This document shows, piece by piece, positions 19,269 through 27,887 of a stretch of DNA of 64,000 bases. The stretch covers positions 4,064 to 68,063 of the forward strand of contig CAMNFC010000001.1 in assembly GCA_946536925.1 (NCBI GenBank), read 5' to 3'. Numbering within the stretch: position 1 is the stretch's first letter; each line of letters opens with the position of its first letter. A program made the position numbers and the translations under genes. The notes under the pieces were generated by a model that had not been told where the DNA came from, searched no databases, and saw only the letters and a program-made list of their open reading frames with translations. Source of the DNA: an uncultured Selenomonadales bacterium. GTDB lineage: Bacteria > Bacillota > Negativicutes > Selenomonadales > Selenomonadaceae.

Positions 19269-19781
19269 ATGGCGAAAAAATATTACAGCACAAAAATCGT
19301 GGGCATCGGCGGCGAGGTCGCAAAGTTCACCAGCCTTGTCAAAATGCTCGTTATCTTCGACGACTCAATGGTTTTGCCGGAGCTGCGCGATTTTTCCGTC
19401 TTGCACAGCGGCAACAAAATCACTGACGTTATAAAACCCGGCGACGTTCTTCAAATTGCCGGCTCCGAATTCAAAATCCTCAGCGTGGGCAACGAAGTCA
19501 ACAACAACATCAAAAGCCTCGGCCACATCGTCATTAAGTTCAACGACGACCGCGACGACCTTTTGGAAGGCTCCATTCACGTCGAAGACAAACCCATTCC
19601 CAAAATCCGTATCGGCGACGAAATTTCAATCGTGGAGGCGGGCTCGGAAATTTTGGCCGGCAAGACCGCGTCTTTCACTTGCGGCGACGAAGCTCTTTGC
19701 AAAAAAGTTGCGCAGATCCTCCAAAACAACGGCGCGCAAATCGTCGACGGCGAGGCGGACATTGTCGTTAAAGTCAAATAA
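19269..19781 (+). CDS. PTS glucitol/sorbitol EIIA-like protein (SrlB family) with ~45-aa C-terminal extension
   Basis: Resembles SrlB (LGHIVIKFNDD ... EGSIHVED). GGGAGGG RBS. No EIIB or EIIC partner is adjacent. Confidence 0.6.
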   Translation: MAKKYYSTKIVGIGGEVAKFTSLVKMLVIFDDSMVLPELRDFSVLHSGNKITDVIKPGDVLQIAGSEFKILSVGNEVNNNIKSLGHIVIKFNDDRDDLLEGSIHVEDKPIPKIRIGDEISIVEAGSEILAGKTASFTCGDEALCKKVAQILQNNGAQIVDGEADIVVKVK

Positions 19782-19857
19782 TTTTTCAACGCAATAAATT
19801 TTTTCGACTGTCGGTCAAATAATCGGCAGTCTTTTTGCTGTTGGGGCGGTGATTGCA

Positions 19858-20136
19858 ATGACTGAACAGGAAACCATAAACGCGGAAGTCCAAATGAAGT
19901 TGGCCTTGCAGGACGCAAAGTTCGCAGTGTTCATGGAGGAACTCAGACAACAACGCGAAGATATCCGCCGGCTGAACGAAAGACAAGACGCTGACAGAAA
20001 AGCTTTGGAAGGAAAAATTGATTCCAAGTTCGACAGCCTGAGCACCCAAATTCACAATCTCACGGTTGCGGCGTTCGTCGGCTTCGGGGCAATCGCGCTG
20101 GCTGTGGGCGGGCTGGTCGTGGCGACATTTAAATAA
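19858..20136 (+). CDS. Small tail-anchored coiled-coil protein, function unknown
   Basis: A charged helical N-terminus is followed by a single C-terminal TM segment (AAFVGFGAIALAVGGLVVATF). The start could be ATG 19858 or GTG 19849. Confidence 0.45.
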   Translation: MTEQETINAEVQMKLALQDAKFAVFMEELRQQREDIRRLNERQDADRKALEGKIDSKFDSLSTQIHNLTVAAFVGFGAIALAVGGLVVATFK

Positions 20137-20241
20137 TTTTGAAAGGGAGCGATTACGATTAAAAATTCTACGGCAGGAAAAATTGAAGAGCTGCTCAAAG
20201 ATTATCCCGCGCTGGAAATTTGTCGGGGCAATTTATTTGAA

Positions 20242-20814
20242 ATGGTGGAGACGATTTGCGAGGGCTTTCGCGGCGGCGGAAAGTTGATGACTTGCGGGAA
20301 CGGCGGTTCGGCGGCGGACGCCATGCACATCGTCGGCGAACTGATGAAAGGTTTTCTTCTCCCGCGCCGGATTGAAAATTTTAATCCCGAATTCGTCAAG
20401 CGTGCGCAAGAACTTTTTCCCTCCGACGTCGAATATTTCAAGGCCAATCTTCAGAGCGCGTTGCCGGCCGTGTCTTTGGTCGGCGAAACTTCTTTGCTGA
20501 CGGCCTTTGCCAACGACGTGTCGCCGCATCTGATTTTCGCGCAACAAATTTTCGGGCTCGGTCGGCGCGGCGATGTCCTGCTGGCAATTTCCACGTCGGG
20601 CAATTCCGACAACGTGCTCTTCGCCGTGGAGGTCGCAAAAATCATGGGGATAAAAGTCGTGGCGATGACGGGTCAACGCGGCGGGCGATTGCGGCATCTT
20701 TCGGACGTTTCAATTTGCGTGCCGGCCAACTCTTCGCACAAGATCCAAGAATTTCATCTGCCGATTTACCACATGATTTGTTTGGCGGCGGAGACAGAAT
20801 TTTTCGGGGAGTGA
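20242..20814 (+). CDS. SIS domain protein (phosphoheptose isomerase GmhA-like)
   Basis: GGKLMTCGNGGSAADAMH ... LLAISTSGNSDNV. The true N-terminus probably lies upstream (see findings). Confidence 0.75.
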   Translation: MVETICEGFRGGGKLMTCGNGGSAADAMHIVGELMKGFLLPRRIENFNPEFVKRAQELFPSDVEYFKANLQSALPAVSLVGETSLLTAFANDVSPHLIFAQQIFGLGRRGDVLLAISTSGNSDNVLFAVEVAKIMGIKVVAMTGQRGGRLRHLSDVSICVPANSSHKIQEFHLPIYHMICLAAETEFFGE

Positions 20815-20817
20815 ATC

Positions 20818-21156
20818 ATGCACGAGGCGGCGTTGGCGGAAAATATTTTGAACATCGCGTTCGAGGCGGCTCAAAAAAATCACGCGGCGAAAATTTTCAA
20901 AATCGGTTTGCGGCTCGGGGAGATGGCCGGCGTCGAAGTCGAGGCGTTGAATTTTTCCTTTGACGTGCTGAAAAAAAATCCTCCCGCCGAAGACGCAAAG
21001 CTGGTGATTGAGCGCGTGCCGATAACTGCGGCGTGCAACAGCTGCGGAAAAATTTTTCGGCTCGAACGATATAATTTTTTCTGTCCCGAATGCGACGGCG
21101 TTTTGATTTTGAAAAGCGGCCGCGAACTTTTGGTTGACTTTGTGGATTGCGAGTGA
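20818..21156 (+). CDS. hypA: Hydrogenase nickel incorporation protein HypA
   Basis: MHE N-terminus and the paired CxxC zinc motifs CNSCG ... CPECD. 112 aa. Confidence 0.9.
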   Translation: MHEAALAENILNIAFEAAQKNHAAKIFKIGLRLGEMAGVEVEALNFSFDVLKKNPPAEDAKLVIERVPITAACNSCGKIFRLERYNFFCPECDGVLILKSGRELLVDFVDCE

Positions 21157-21162
21157 TGAGTT

Positions 21163-21810
21163 TTGGAAATAAAATTGATGAAAAATATTTTGGGCGCGAA
21201 CGATGAAATTGCCGCGGCGAATCGGAAAAATTTTTCGGCGCGCGGTGTCGTCGTGATGAATTTGATGGGCTCTCCCGGTTCGGGCAAAACGACTCTGCTT
21301 GAAAAAACTTTGGCGCGGCTGGCGGACAAAATTAAAATCGCGGTCATCGAAGGTGATCTTTTCACCGCCAAGGACGCCGAGAGAATCAAACGCGCGGGCG
21401 TCGACGTTATTCAAATCAACACGGCGGGCGGCTGTCACCTGGACGCGGCCATGATTCAAAAAGTTTGCGCCTCGCTCGACCTTGACGCGATTGATTTATT
21501 AATCGTCGAGAACGTCGGAAATTTGGTTTGCCCCGCCGAATTCGATATCGGAGAAAATTTTAAAGCCGTGGTGCTGTCGATAACCGAGGGCGACGACAAA
21601 CCGCTCAAGTACCCGCTGATTTTCAAAGAGTCGGCCGTCGTCCTGCTTAATAAAATCGACTTGCTTCCGTTCACGAATTTTGATTTAAAATCGGCGCGAG
21701 AGGATTTGTCGACGTTGCACCCGACGATAAAAATTTTCGAGACGTCCTGCACGACGGGCGCGGGGCTTGACGAGTGGTGCACTTGGTTATTGGAAAGGAC
21801 GAAAATTTGA
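21163..21810 (+). CDS. hypB: Hydrogenase accessory GTPase HypB
   Basis: P-loop GSPGSGKTTLL, plus ENVGNLVCP and NKIDL motifs. An alternative ATG start lies at 21178. Confidence 0.9.
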   Translation: MEIKLMKNILGANDEIAAANRKNFSARGVVVMNLMGSPGSGKTTLLEKTLARLADKIKIAVIEGDLFTAKDAERIKRAGVDVIQINTAGGCHLDAAMIQKVCASLDLDAIDLLIVENVGNLVCPAEFDIGENFKAVVLSITEGDDKPLKYPLIFKESAVVLLNKIDLLPFTNFDLKSAREDLSTLHPTIKIFETSCTTGAGLDEWCTWLLERTKI

Positions 21811-22301
21811 TGGACGGACTTTTCGCGGCGGAAAACGTCGTGCTCGGAATCGGCAACATAATTTTGAGCGACGAGGGATTCGGCGTGCGCGTCGTCGAAT
21901 ATCTTGAAAAAAATTTTTCTTTCCCCGAAAACGTCAGCTTGATTGACGGCGGGACGCTCGGCGTGGAGCTGACACATTTTGTGACGGGAACGCAAAAACT
22001 TTTGATTGTCGATTCGATTGACGGCGGCGCACAGGCCGGAAAAATTTTTCATCTGCGCGGCGAGGAGATAAAAAATCATTTTGCACAAAAAATTTCGGCG
22101 CACGAGGTCGGAATCCAAGACGTTCTGACGATTTTGGAATTGAGCGGCAAAAAAATTCCTCACGTGGAATTGATCGGCGCGCAACCCTTCAGCCTGGAAG
22201 CGGGACTCGAATTGACGGAGCCGATGAAAAAATTGGTTCCGACATTCGCTCAAAAAGCCGTCGAAATTTTAAAGTCATGGGGAGTGGAGGTTAAGCGATG
22301 A
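21810..22301 (+). CDS. Hydrogenase maturation endopeptidase (HyaD/HybD/HycI family)
   Basis: VLGIGNIILSDEGFGVRVVEYL ... LIVDSID ... SAHEVG. The ATG overlaps the hypB stop by 1 nt. Confidence 0.85.
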   Translation: MDGLFAAENVVLGIGNIILSDEGFGVRVVEYLEKNFSFPENVSLIDGGTLGVELTHFVTGTQKLLIVDSIDGGAQAGKIFHLRGEEIKNHFAQKISAHEVGIQDVLTILELSGKKIPHVELIGAQPFSLEAGLELTEPMKKLVPTFAQKAVEILKSWGVEVKR

Positions 22302-23014
22302 TAATTTTTCCTGCGATAGATTTGCGCGGCGGCAAGTGCGTGCGATTGATTCAGGGCGATTTCGACAAAGAGACCGTTTATTCCGACGACCCGCCCGCGA
22401 CCGCTCTCAAGTGGCAAAATCTCGGCGCGAAATTTCTTCACGTGGTTGATCTGGACGGAGCACGCAAAGGTTCGCCGCAAAATCTCGACGCGATAAAAAA
22501 AATTCTCGACGCGATAAAAATTCCGATTGAAGTCGGCGGCGGGATTCGCACACTCGACGACGCGGAAAAAATTTTGAATCTCGGAGTTCGTCGCGTGATT
22601 TTGGGAAGCGTGGCGGCTGAAAAAATTTCGCTCGTCGAGGCGGCCGTTAAAAAGTTTGGAGATAAAATTGTCGTCGGGATTGATGCTCGCGGCGGGATTG
22701 TAAAAACTCACGGCTGGGAAAAATCCGGCGCGATTGAAGCTGACGAACTTGCAAAAAAAATTTCTGCGGCGGGCGTGCGGACGATCATTTACACAGACAT
22801 TTCCAAAGACGGAATGTTGAGCGGCGTCGACGCAAAAATTTTCTCCCGTCTGGAAAAAATTTCGGGCGCGGAAATTATCGCGTCGGGCGGCGTGAAATCT
22901 TTGGCTGACATTCGCGCGTTGAAGGCTGAAAAAATTTCGGGCGTCATCGTCGGCAAAGCGATTTACACGGGCGCGCTCGATTTGAAATCTGCGATTGAAC
23001 TTGCGGAGGCTTGA
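22298..23014 (+). CDS. hisA: ProFAR isomerase
   Basis: [22 protein letters not shown] ... GGGIR ... the HisA pattern. 4-nt overlap with the upstream gene. Confidence 0.9.
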   Translation: MIIFPAIDLRGGKCVRLIQGDFDKETVYSDDPPATALKWQNLGAKFLHVVDLDGARKGSPQNLDAIKKILDAIKIPIEVGGGIRTLDDAEKILNLGVRRVILGSVAAEKISLVEAAVKKFGDKIVVGIDARGGIVKTHGWEKSGAIEADELAKKISAAGVRTIIYTDISKDGMLSGVDAKIFSRLEKISGAEIIASGGVKSLADIRALKAEKISGVIVGKAIYTGALDLKSAIELAEA

Positions 23015-23015
23015 G

Positions 23016-23771
23016 ATGTTGACGAAAAGAATTATTCCGTGCCTGGACGTGAAAGCCGGCCGCGTCGTCAAGGGCACAAATTTTGTCGGCTTGCGCGACG
23101 CAGGCGATCCCGTCGAACTGGCCAAACGCTATGACACGGAACGCGCCGACGAACTCGTTTTCTTGGACATCACCGCTTCGCACGAGGGACGCTCCACCAT
23201 GGTCGAGGTCGCAAAAAATTGCGCGGCTCAAGTTTTTATTCCGTTCACTGTCGGCGGCGGCATTCGCACGGTCGAGGATATGCGTGTCATGTTGGCGGCG
23301 GGTGCGGATAAAATTTCAATCAACAGCGCGGCGGTAAAAAATCCTCGGCTCATCGAAGACGGCGCAAAAAAATTCGGTTCTCAATGCATCGTGCTGGCCG
23401 TCGACGCAAAAAAATCTTCGAGCGGCTGGGAAATTTTTATTAACGGCGGAAGAACTCCCACGGGTCTGGATTGTCTGGAATGGATTAAACGCGGCGTCTC
23501 GCTCGGTGCCGGCGAAATTCTTTTGACGAGCATGGACGCCGACGGAACCAAGGGCGGCTACGATATTGAACTCACGCATGCGGTCAGCTCGGCCGTTAAC
23601 GTTCCCGTGATTGCTTCGGGCGGTGCGGGCTCTCTCCAACATTTTTATGACGTGTTCGTCGACGGAAAAGCGGACGCGGTGCTGGCGGCCTCGGTCTTCC
23701 ACTACGGCAAGTTCACCATCCGTCAAGTCAAAGATTATCTCAAAGGTCGCGGCGTCGAGGTCAGATTTTAA
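23016..23771 (+). CDS. hisF: Imidazole glycerol phosphate synthase cyclase subunit
   Basis: [16 protein letters not shown] ... LDITAS ... GGGIRT ... ASGGAG. The ATG at 23016 follows GGAGG. Confidence 0.9.
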   Translation: MLTKRIIPCLDVKAGRVVKGTNFVGLRDAGDPVELAKRYDTERADELVFLDITASHEGRSTMVEVAKNCAAQVFIPFTVGGGIRTVEDMRVMLAAGADKISINSAAVKNPRLIEDGAKKFGSQCIVLAVDAKKSSSGWEIFINGGRTPTGLDCLEWIKRGVSLGAGEILLTSMDADGTKGGYDIELTHAVSSAVNVPVIASGGAGSLQHFYDVFVDGKADAVLAASVFHYGKFTIRQVKDYLKGRGVEVRF

Positions 23772-24278
23772 ATGAAGTGGATCAATCATCAAATTGTCAC
23801 GGGCTTCATCGTCTGCGCGGCCACGGACGACGCACTCTTTACGGCTTCGGCTGTCGTCGGCGCGGTTTTGCCCGACAGAGTTGAAGGCTCCCCGCCAAAA
23901 GAATCTTCCGCCTATTGGAAGTGGCGCAAACGTCATCGCACGTGGTCGCATTGGCCGCCGATTTATCTTTTGCTCATCGTTGCCGCGCAGGCCGCAAAAA
24001 ATTTTTATCCCGAACCGACGCTGGCCTTCGTGCTGAACTTGGTGACTTACGCGCTGGTCGGGGCACTCTTGCACATCGCCGAGGACGGGCTTTGCGGAAA
24101 AATTCCGATCTTCACGCCGCACAAAAAATACGGGCTCAAACTTTTCAAGGTCGGCGCGTGGAGCGAATATTTTTTTTCCGCACTGATAATTTCAATTTGT
24201 CTGTTCGTGCGCTTCGGCGACGTCGACTTGCTGAAAAATTATTTCGAAAAAATTTTTGACGGGAGGCTGAGATTTTGA
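23772..24278 (+). CDS. Membrane-bound metal-dependent hydrolase, YdjM/DUF457-like
   Basis: 4 TM segments. Histidines and acidic residues are conserved-looking (NHQ, HRTWSH, HIAEDG). Family assignment is tentative. Confidence 0.5.
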   Translation: MKWINHQIVTGFIVCAATDDALFTASAVVGAVLPDRVEGSPPKESSAYWKWRKRHRTWSHWPPIYLLLIVAAQAAKNFYPEPTLAFVLNLVTYALVGALLHIAEDGLCGKIPIFTPHKKYGLKLFKVGAWSEYFFSALIISICLFVRFGDVDLLKNYFEKIFDGRLRF

Positions 24279-25600
24279 AAGCTGGCTTTGTGAGTTTGGG
24301 CTGTGCAAAAAATTTGGTCGACACGGAAGTCATGCTCGGCATCATGCGCGAAAACGGAATCGAACTGACGGCCGAACCCGCCGACGCCGATATTTTAATC
24401 GTAAACACTTGCGCGTTCATTCTCTCGGCAAAGGAAGAATCCGTCACGACGATTTTGAATCTGGCCGAATACAAACAGAACGGCCGCTGCAAGGCGTTGA
24501 TTGCCGCGGGCTGTCTCGGTCAACTTTATAAGCGCGAACTTTTGGACGAGATGCCCGAAGTCGACGCGGTCATCGGAACGGGCGCGTGGAATCGAATCAT
24601 GGAAGCGATTGAAGAAGTTCTTTCGGGTCGCCGTGTGATTTTGATTGGCGAGAAAGAAATTATTTACGACTCGAAGACGCCAAGGCTGCGCACGACGCCG
24701 AAATATTTTGCGTACGTCAAGATTGCGGAGGGCTGCAACAATCGCTGCGCCTTTTGCTCAATTCCGCTCATTCGCGGGAAACAAATTTCTCGGCCGATTG
24801 AAGACGTCGTGGCCGAAGTCGAGCGGCTGGTTGAGCAGGGCGTCAAGGAAATAAATTTGATCGCGCAGGACACGACAGCTTACGGCACGGACATTTACGG
24901 CCGACCAAAACTCGTTGAACTTTTGCGCGCGCTCGTCAAGACCGACGTTCATTGGATCAGAATTCTTTACGCCTATCCAAAAAGATTTTCCGACGAGCTG
25001 ATTGATTTAATTGCCTCCGAAGAAAAAATTTGCAACTACGTCGACCTGCCGCTTCAGCACGCCTCGAACAAAATTTTGCGGAGGATGAATCGCCCCGACA
25101 CCCGCGAATCGATCGAGGCCTTGCTGAAAAAAATTCGCGCGAAAATTCCCGGCGTTGTCGTTCGCTCAACTTTTATCGTGGGCTTTCCCGGCGAGACCGA
25201 CGAAGATTTTTTGGAGCTGAAAAATTTTCTTCAGGCTCAGCGGCTCGACAAGGTTGGAGTCTTCACCTATTCGCGCGAGGAAAACACCGCGGCTTACAAT
25301 TTTTCCGACCAAATTCCCGAAGAGATCATGCAGGAACGCTACCACGATTTGATGAGCTTGCAAAGTTTGATTTCCCAGGAGCTTAACAAAGAACTCGAAG
25401 GCCGCGAGCTCGAAGTTTTGATTGAAGGTCGCGACGAGGAAACTTCCAAAGTCGTGGCCGGCCGTTCATATCGCGACGCGCCCGAAGTCGACGGGCTCGT
25501 TTACATCGAGAACGACGAATCGAGCAAGGCGGGCGATCTTGTTCGCGTGAAAGTTTTGGCGGGCTTCGTCTATGACATCGCGGCAGAAAAAATTTTTTGA
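24275..25600 (+). CDS. rimO: Ribosomal protein S12 methylthiotransferase
   Basis: N-terminal GFVSLGCAKNLVDTE, radical SAM motif CNNRCAFCSIP, and a C-terminal TRAM domain. The TTG start follows GGGAGG. Confidence 0.85.
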   Translation: MKAGFVSLGCAKNLVDTEVMLGIMRENGIELTAEPADADILIVNTCAFILSAKEESVTTILNLAEYKQNGRCKALIAAGCLGQLYKRELLDEMPEVDAVIGTGAWNRIMEAIEEVLSGRRVILIGEKEIIYDSKTPRLRTTPKYFAYVKIAEGCNNRCAFCSIPLIRGKQISRPIEDVVAEVERLVEQGVKEINLIAQDTTAYGTDIYGRPKLVELLRALVKTDVHWIRILYAYPKRFSDELIDLIASEEKICNYVDLPLQHASNKILRRMNRPDTRESIEALLKKIRAKIPGVVVRSTFIVGFPGETDEDFLELKNFLQAQRLDKVGVFTYSREENTAAYNFSDQIPEEIMQERYHDLMSLQSLISQELNKELEGRELEVLIEGRDEETSKVVAGRSYRDAPEVDGLVYIENDESSKAGDLVRVKVLAGFVYDIAAEKIF

Positions 25601-25615
25601 ACGGAGGATTTTGAG

Positions 25616-25837
25616 ATGAAAAAATTTTTTGCGGCACTCGTCACGATAATTTTTATGACGGCGGCTTTTGCGACGGTGCTCGCGGCTTCTTACGTCGGCA
25701 ACGCCAACACAAAAAAATTTCATCACGCCGATTGCTCCATGGTCGGCAAGATGAAACCCGCCAACAAAGTTTTCATGAACAGCCGCGACGAGGCAATTGC
25801 CGCCGGATACGTCCCGTGCAAGAGGTGTAATCCTTAA
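25616..25837 (+). CDS. Small secreted protein with Ada-type Cys-rich metal-binding motif
   Basis: Signal peptide, followed by KKFHHADCSMV ... AIAAGYVPCKRCNP. Confidence 0.55.
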   Translation: MKKFFAALVTIIFMTAAFATVLAASYVGNANTKKFHHADCSMVGKMKPANKVFMNSRDEAIAAGYVPCKRCNP

Positions 25838-26748
25838 TGGAAAAGTTAAAAATTATTTTCATGGGCACGCCCGATTTTGCGGTTCCGTCGCTGGCCGCGC
25901 TCGTCGAAAAAACTGAGGTGCTTTGCGTCGTCACTCAACCGGACAAGCCAAAAGGTCGCGGGCACAAAGTTTTGCCGCCGCCCGTAAAAATTTTCGCCGA
26001 AGAAAAAAATTTGCGCGTGATTCAGCCGGCAAAAGTCAAAGCGTCCGCCGTCGTCGAAGAACTTTCCGCGCTCAAGCCTGATTTGATCGTCGTGGTTGCC
26101 TTCGGTCAAATTCTCTCGCAAAAAATTTTGGACATCCCACGCTTGGGTTGCATCAACGTCCACGCGTCACTGCTTCCGAAATTTCGCGGCGCGGCTCCGA
26201 TTGAGTGGTCGATTATCCGCGGCGAAAAAGTCACGGGTATCACGACGATGAAAATGGACGCGGGGCTCGACACGGGCGACATGCTCCTCAAGCGCGAAGT
26301 TGAAATTCCCGACGAAATGATTTTGCCTCAGCTGCGCGAACGATTGATGACGCTTGGGGCGGATTTGCTGCTCGAAACGTTGGAAAAACTTCAGCTCGGC
26401 GAACTTCAACCGACAAAGCAAGACGATTCGCTCTCGACGTACGCGCCGCTGCTCAAAAAAGAAACGGGGCTCATCGATTGGACAAAACCCGCGCAGGAAA
26501 TTCACAATCTCGTTCGCGGACTTTACGGCCAAGCTCGCGCGGGAAAATTCAAAATCTGGCGGACGAAACTTGCGGCTCAAAATCTTTCGGCGGGCGAAAT
26601 AAAAATCGTCGGAGAAAAATTTTTCGTCGGCACGGGCGACGGCTCGCTGGAAATTTTGGAACTGCAAGCACCCGGCTCAAAAAAACTCAACGCGGCGGAT
26701 TTTCTTCGCGGAAAAAAAGTTGGTGAAAATTTTTGGACGAACGAATAA
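25837..26748 (+). CDS. fmt: Methionyl-tRNA formyltransferase
   Basis: [14 protein letters not shown] ... [16 protein letters not shown]. Confidence 0.9.
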   Translation: MEKLKIIFMGTPDFAVPSLAALVEKTEVLCVVTQPDKPKGRGHKVLPPPVKIFAEEKNLRVIQPAKVKASAVVEELSALKPDLIVVVAFGQILSQKILDIPRLGCINVHASLLPKFRGAAPIEWSIIRGEKVTGITTMKMDAGLDTGDMLLKREVEIPDEMILPQLRERLMTLGADLLLETLEKLQLGELQPTKQDDSLSTYAPLLKKETGLIDWTKPAQEIHNLVRGLYGQARAGKFKIWRTKLAAQNLSAGEIKIVGEKFFVGTGDGSLEILELQAPGSKKLNAADFLRGKKVGENFWTNE

Positions 26749-27764
26749 TCGCCACGATTGAGCAGAGCGCGGACGATTGGCAATACAGTTTGCGGCCGCG
26801 GAAGTTGCGCGAATACATCGGGCAGGACAAAGCCAAAGAAAATTTATCCGTCTTCGTCAAGGCCGCCGTCAATCGCCGCGAAGCTCTCGATCACGTTTTG
26901 CTTTACGGGCCGCCGGGTTTGGGCAAGACGACTTTGGCCGCGATCATCGCAAACGAGCTGGGCGTCAACTTCCGTCAAACTTCGGGGCCCGCCGTCGAAC
27001 GAGCCGGAGACCTCGCCGCGATTTTAACCAACCTTCAAGAGCGCGACGTTTTGTTCATCGACGAGATTCACCGCCTCAATCGCCAGGTCGAAGAAATTTT
27101 GTATTCGGCCATGGAAGATTTCGCGCTCGATATCATCATCGGCAAAGGCCCGCGGGCTCGCTCGATTCGCGTGGACATTTCGCCGTTCACGTTGATTGGT
27201 GCCACGACCAAAGCCGGCTCGCTCTCTCCGCCGCTACGTGACAGATTCGGCGTCATCTCTCGGCTGGAATATTATTCGACGGACGCGCTGGTCAAAATCA
27301 TCACTCGCGCCGCACAAATTTTAAAAATCCCAATCGAAGCGGGCGGGGCTCAAGAAATCGCAAAACGTTCACGAGGCACGCCGCGAATCGCAAACAGACT
27401 TTTGAAACGCGTCAGAGATTTTGCTCAAGTCGAAGGCTCAAAAATTATCACGGACGATATCGCCGACAAAGCTCTGCTGGCGTTGGAAGTCGACCGCGCA
27501 GGCCTCGACCACACTGATCGACGAATGCTCGACGCAATGATAAAAAAATTTCGCGGAGGCCCCGTCGGTTTGGAAACGATTGCCGCTTCGATCAGCGAGA
27601 CCCGCGAGACGATTGAAGACATCTACGAGCCGTATCTTTTGCAGCTGGGATTCATCATGCGCACACCGCGCGGCCGCGTCGTCACGGAGGCCGGCTACCT
27701 TCACATGGGCGTGGCTTATCCGAAACTCAACGACGCGCCGACTCTTTTTGACTTCGAGGACTAA
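26733..27764 (+). CDS. ruvB: Holliday junction branch migration helicase RuvB
   Basis: [12 protein letters not shown] ... [14 protein letters not shown] ... FIDEIHRL. The TTG start overlaps fmt by 16 nt. Confidence 0.9.
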   Translation: MDERIIATIEQSADDWQYSLRPRKLREYIGQDKAKENLSVFVKAAVNRREALDHVLLYGPPGLGKTTLAAIIANELGVNFRQTSGPAVERAGDLAAILTNLQERDVLFIDEIHRLNRQVEEILYSAMEDFALDIIIGKGPRARSIRVDISPFTLIGATTKAGSLSPPLRDRFGVISRLEYYSTDALVKIITRAAQILKIPIEAGGAQEIAKRSRGTPRIANRLLKRVRDFAQVEGSKIITDDIADKALLALEVDRAGLDHTDRRMLDAMIKKFRGGPVGLETIAASISETRETIEDIYEPYLLQLGFIMRTPRGRVVTEAGYLHMGVAYPKLNDAPTLFDFED

Positions 27765-27807
27765 AAAATTTTTTCACGCTCGAAAAATTTTTTCGGGCGA
27801 TTTTTTT

Positions 27808-27836
27808 TTGCGCGGAGAAAAATTTTCTGCTACAAT
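27808..27836 (+). promoter_or_regulatory. sigma70-type promoter upstream of flagellin
   Basis: TTGCGC, 17 nt, TACAAT, about 50 nt upstream of the ATG. No TAAA-N15-GCCGATAA (sigma28) match is visible. Confidence 0.45.
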
Positions 27837-27887
27837 CAAAAAAATTTTTCGGAAAAGGATTTTGTCTCTTGCAAAGGATGATGCTTT

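Noticed and set aside
20710-24122. Long minus-strand ORFs 20710..21459, 21456..22253, 22250..23125 and 23316..24122
   Set aside because: All are antisense to clearly identified hypA/hypB/protease/hisA/hisF genes and lack any motif.
27765-27887. Expected sigma28 (FliA/SigD) promoter upstream of flagellin
   Set aside because: No acceptable TAAA-N15-GCCGATAA match is present. The best-fitting element is a sigma70-like TTGCGC-17-TACAAT.
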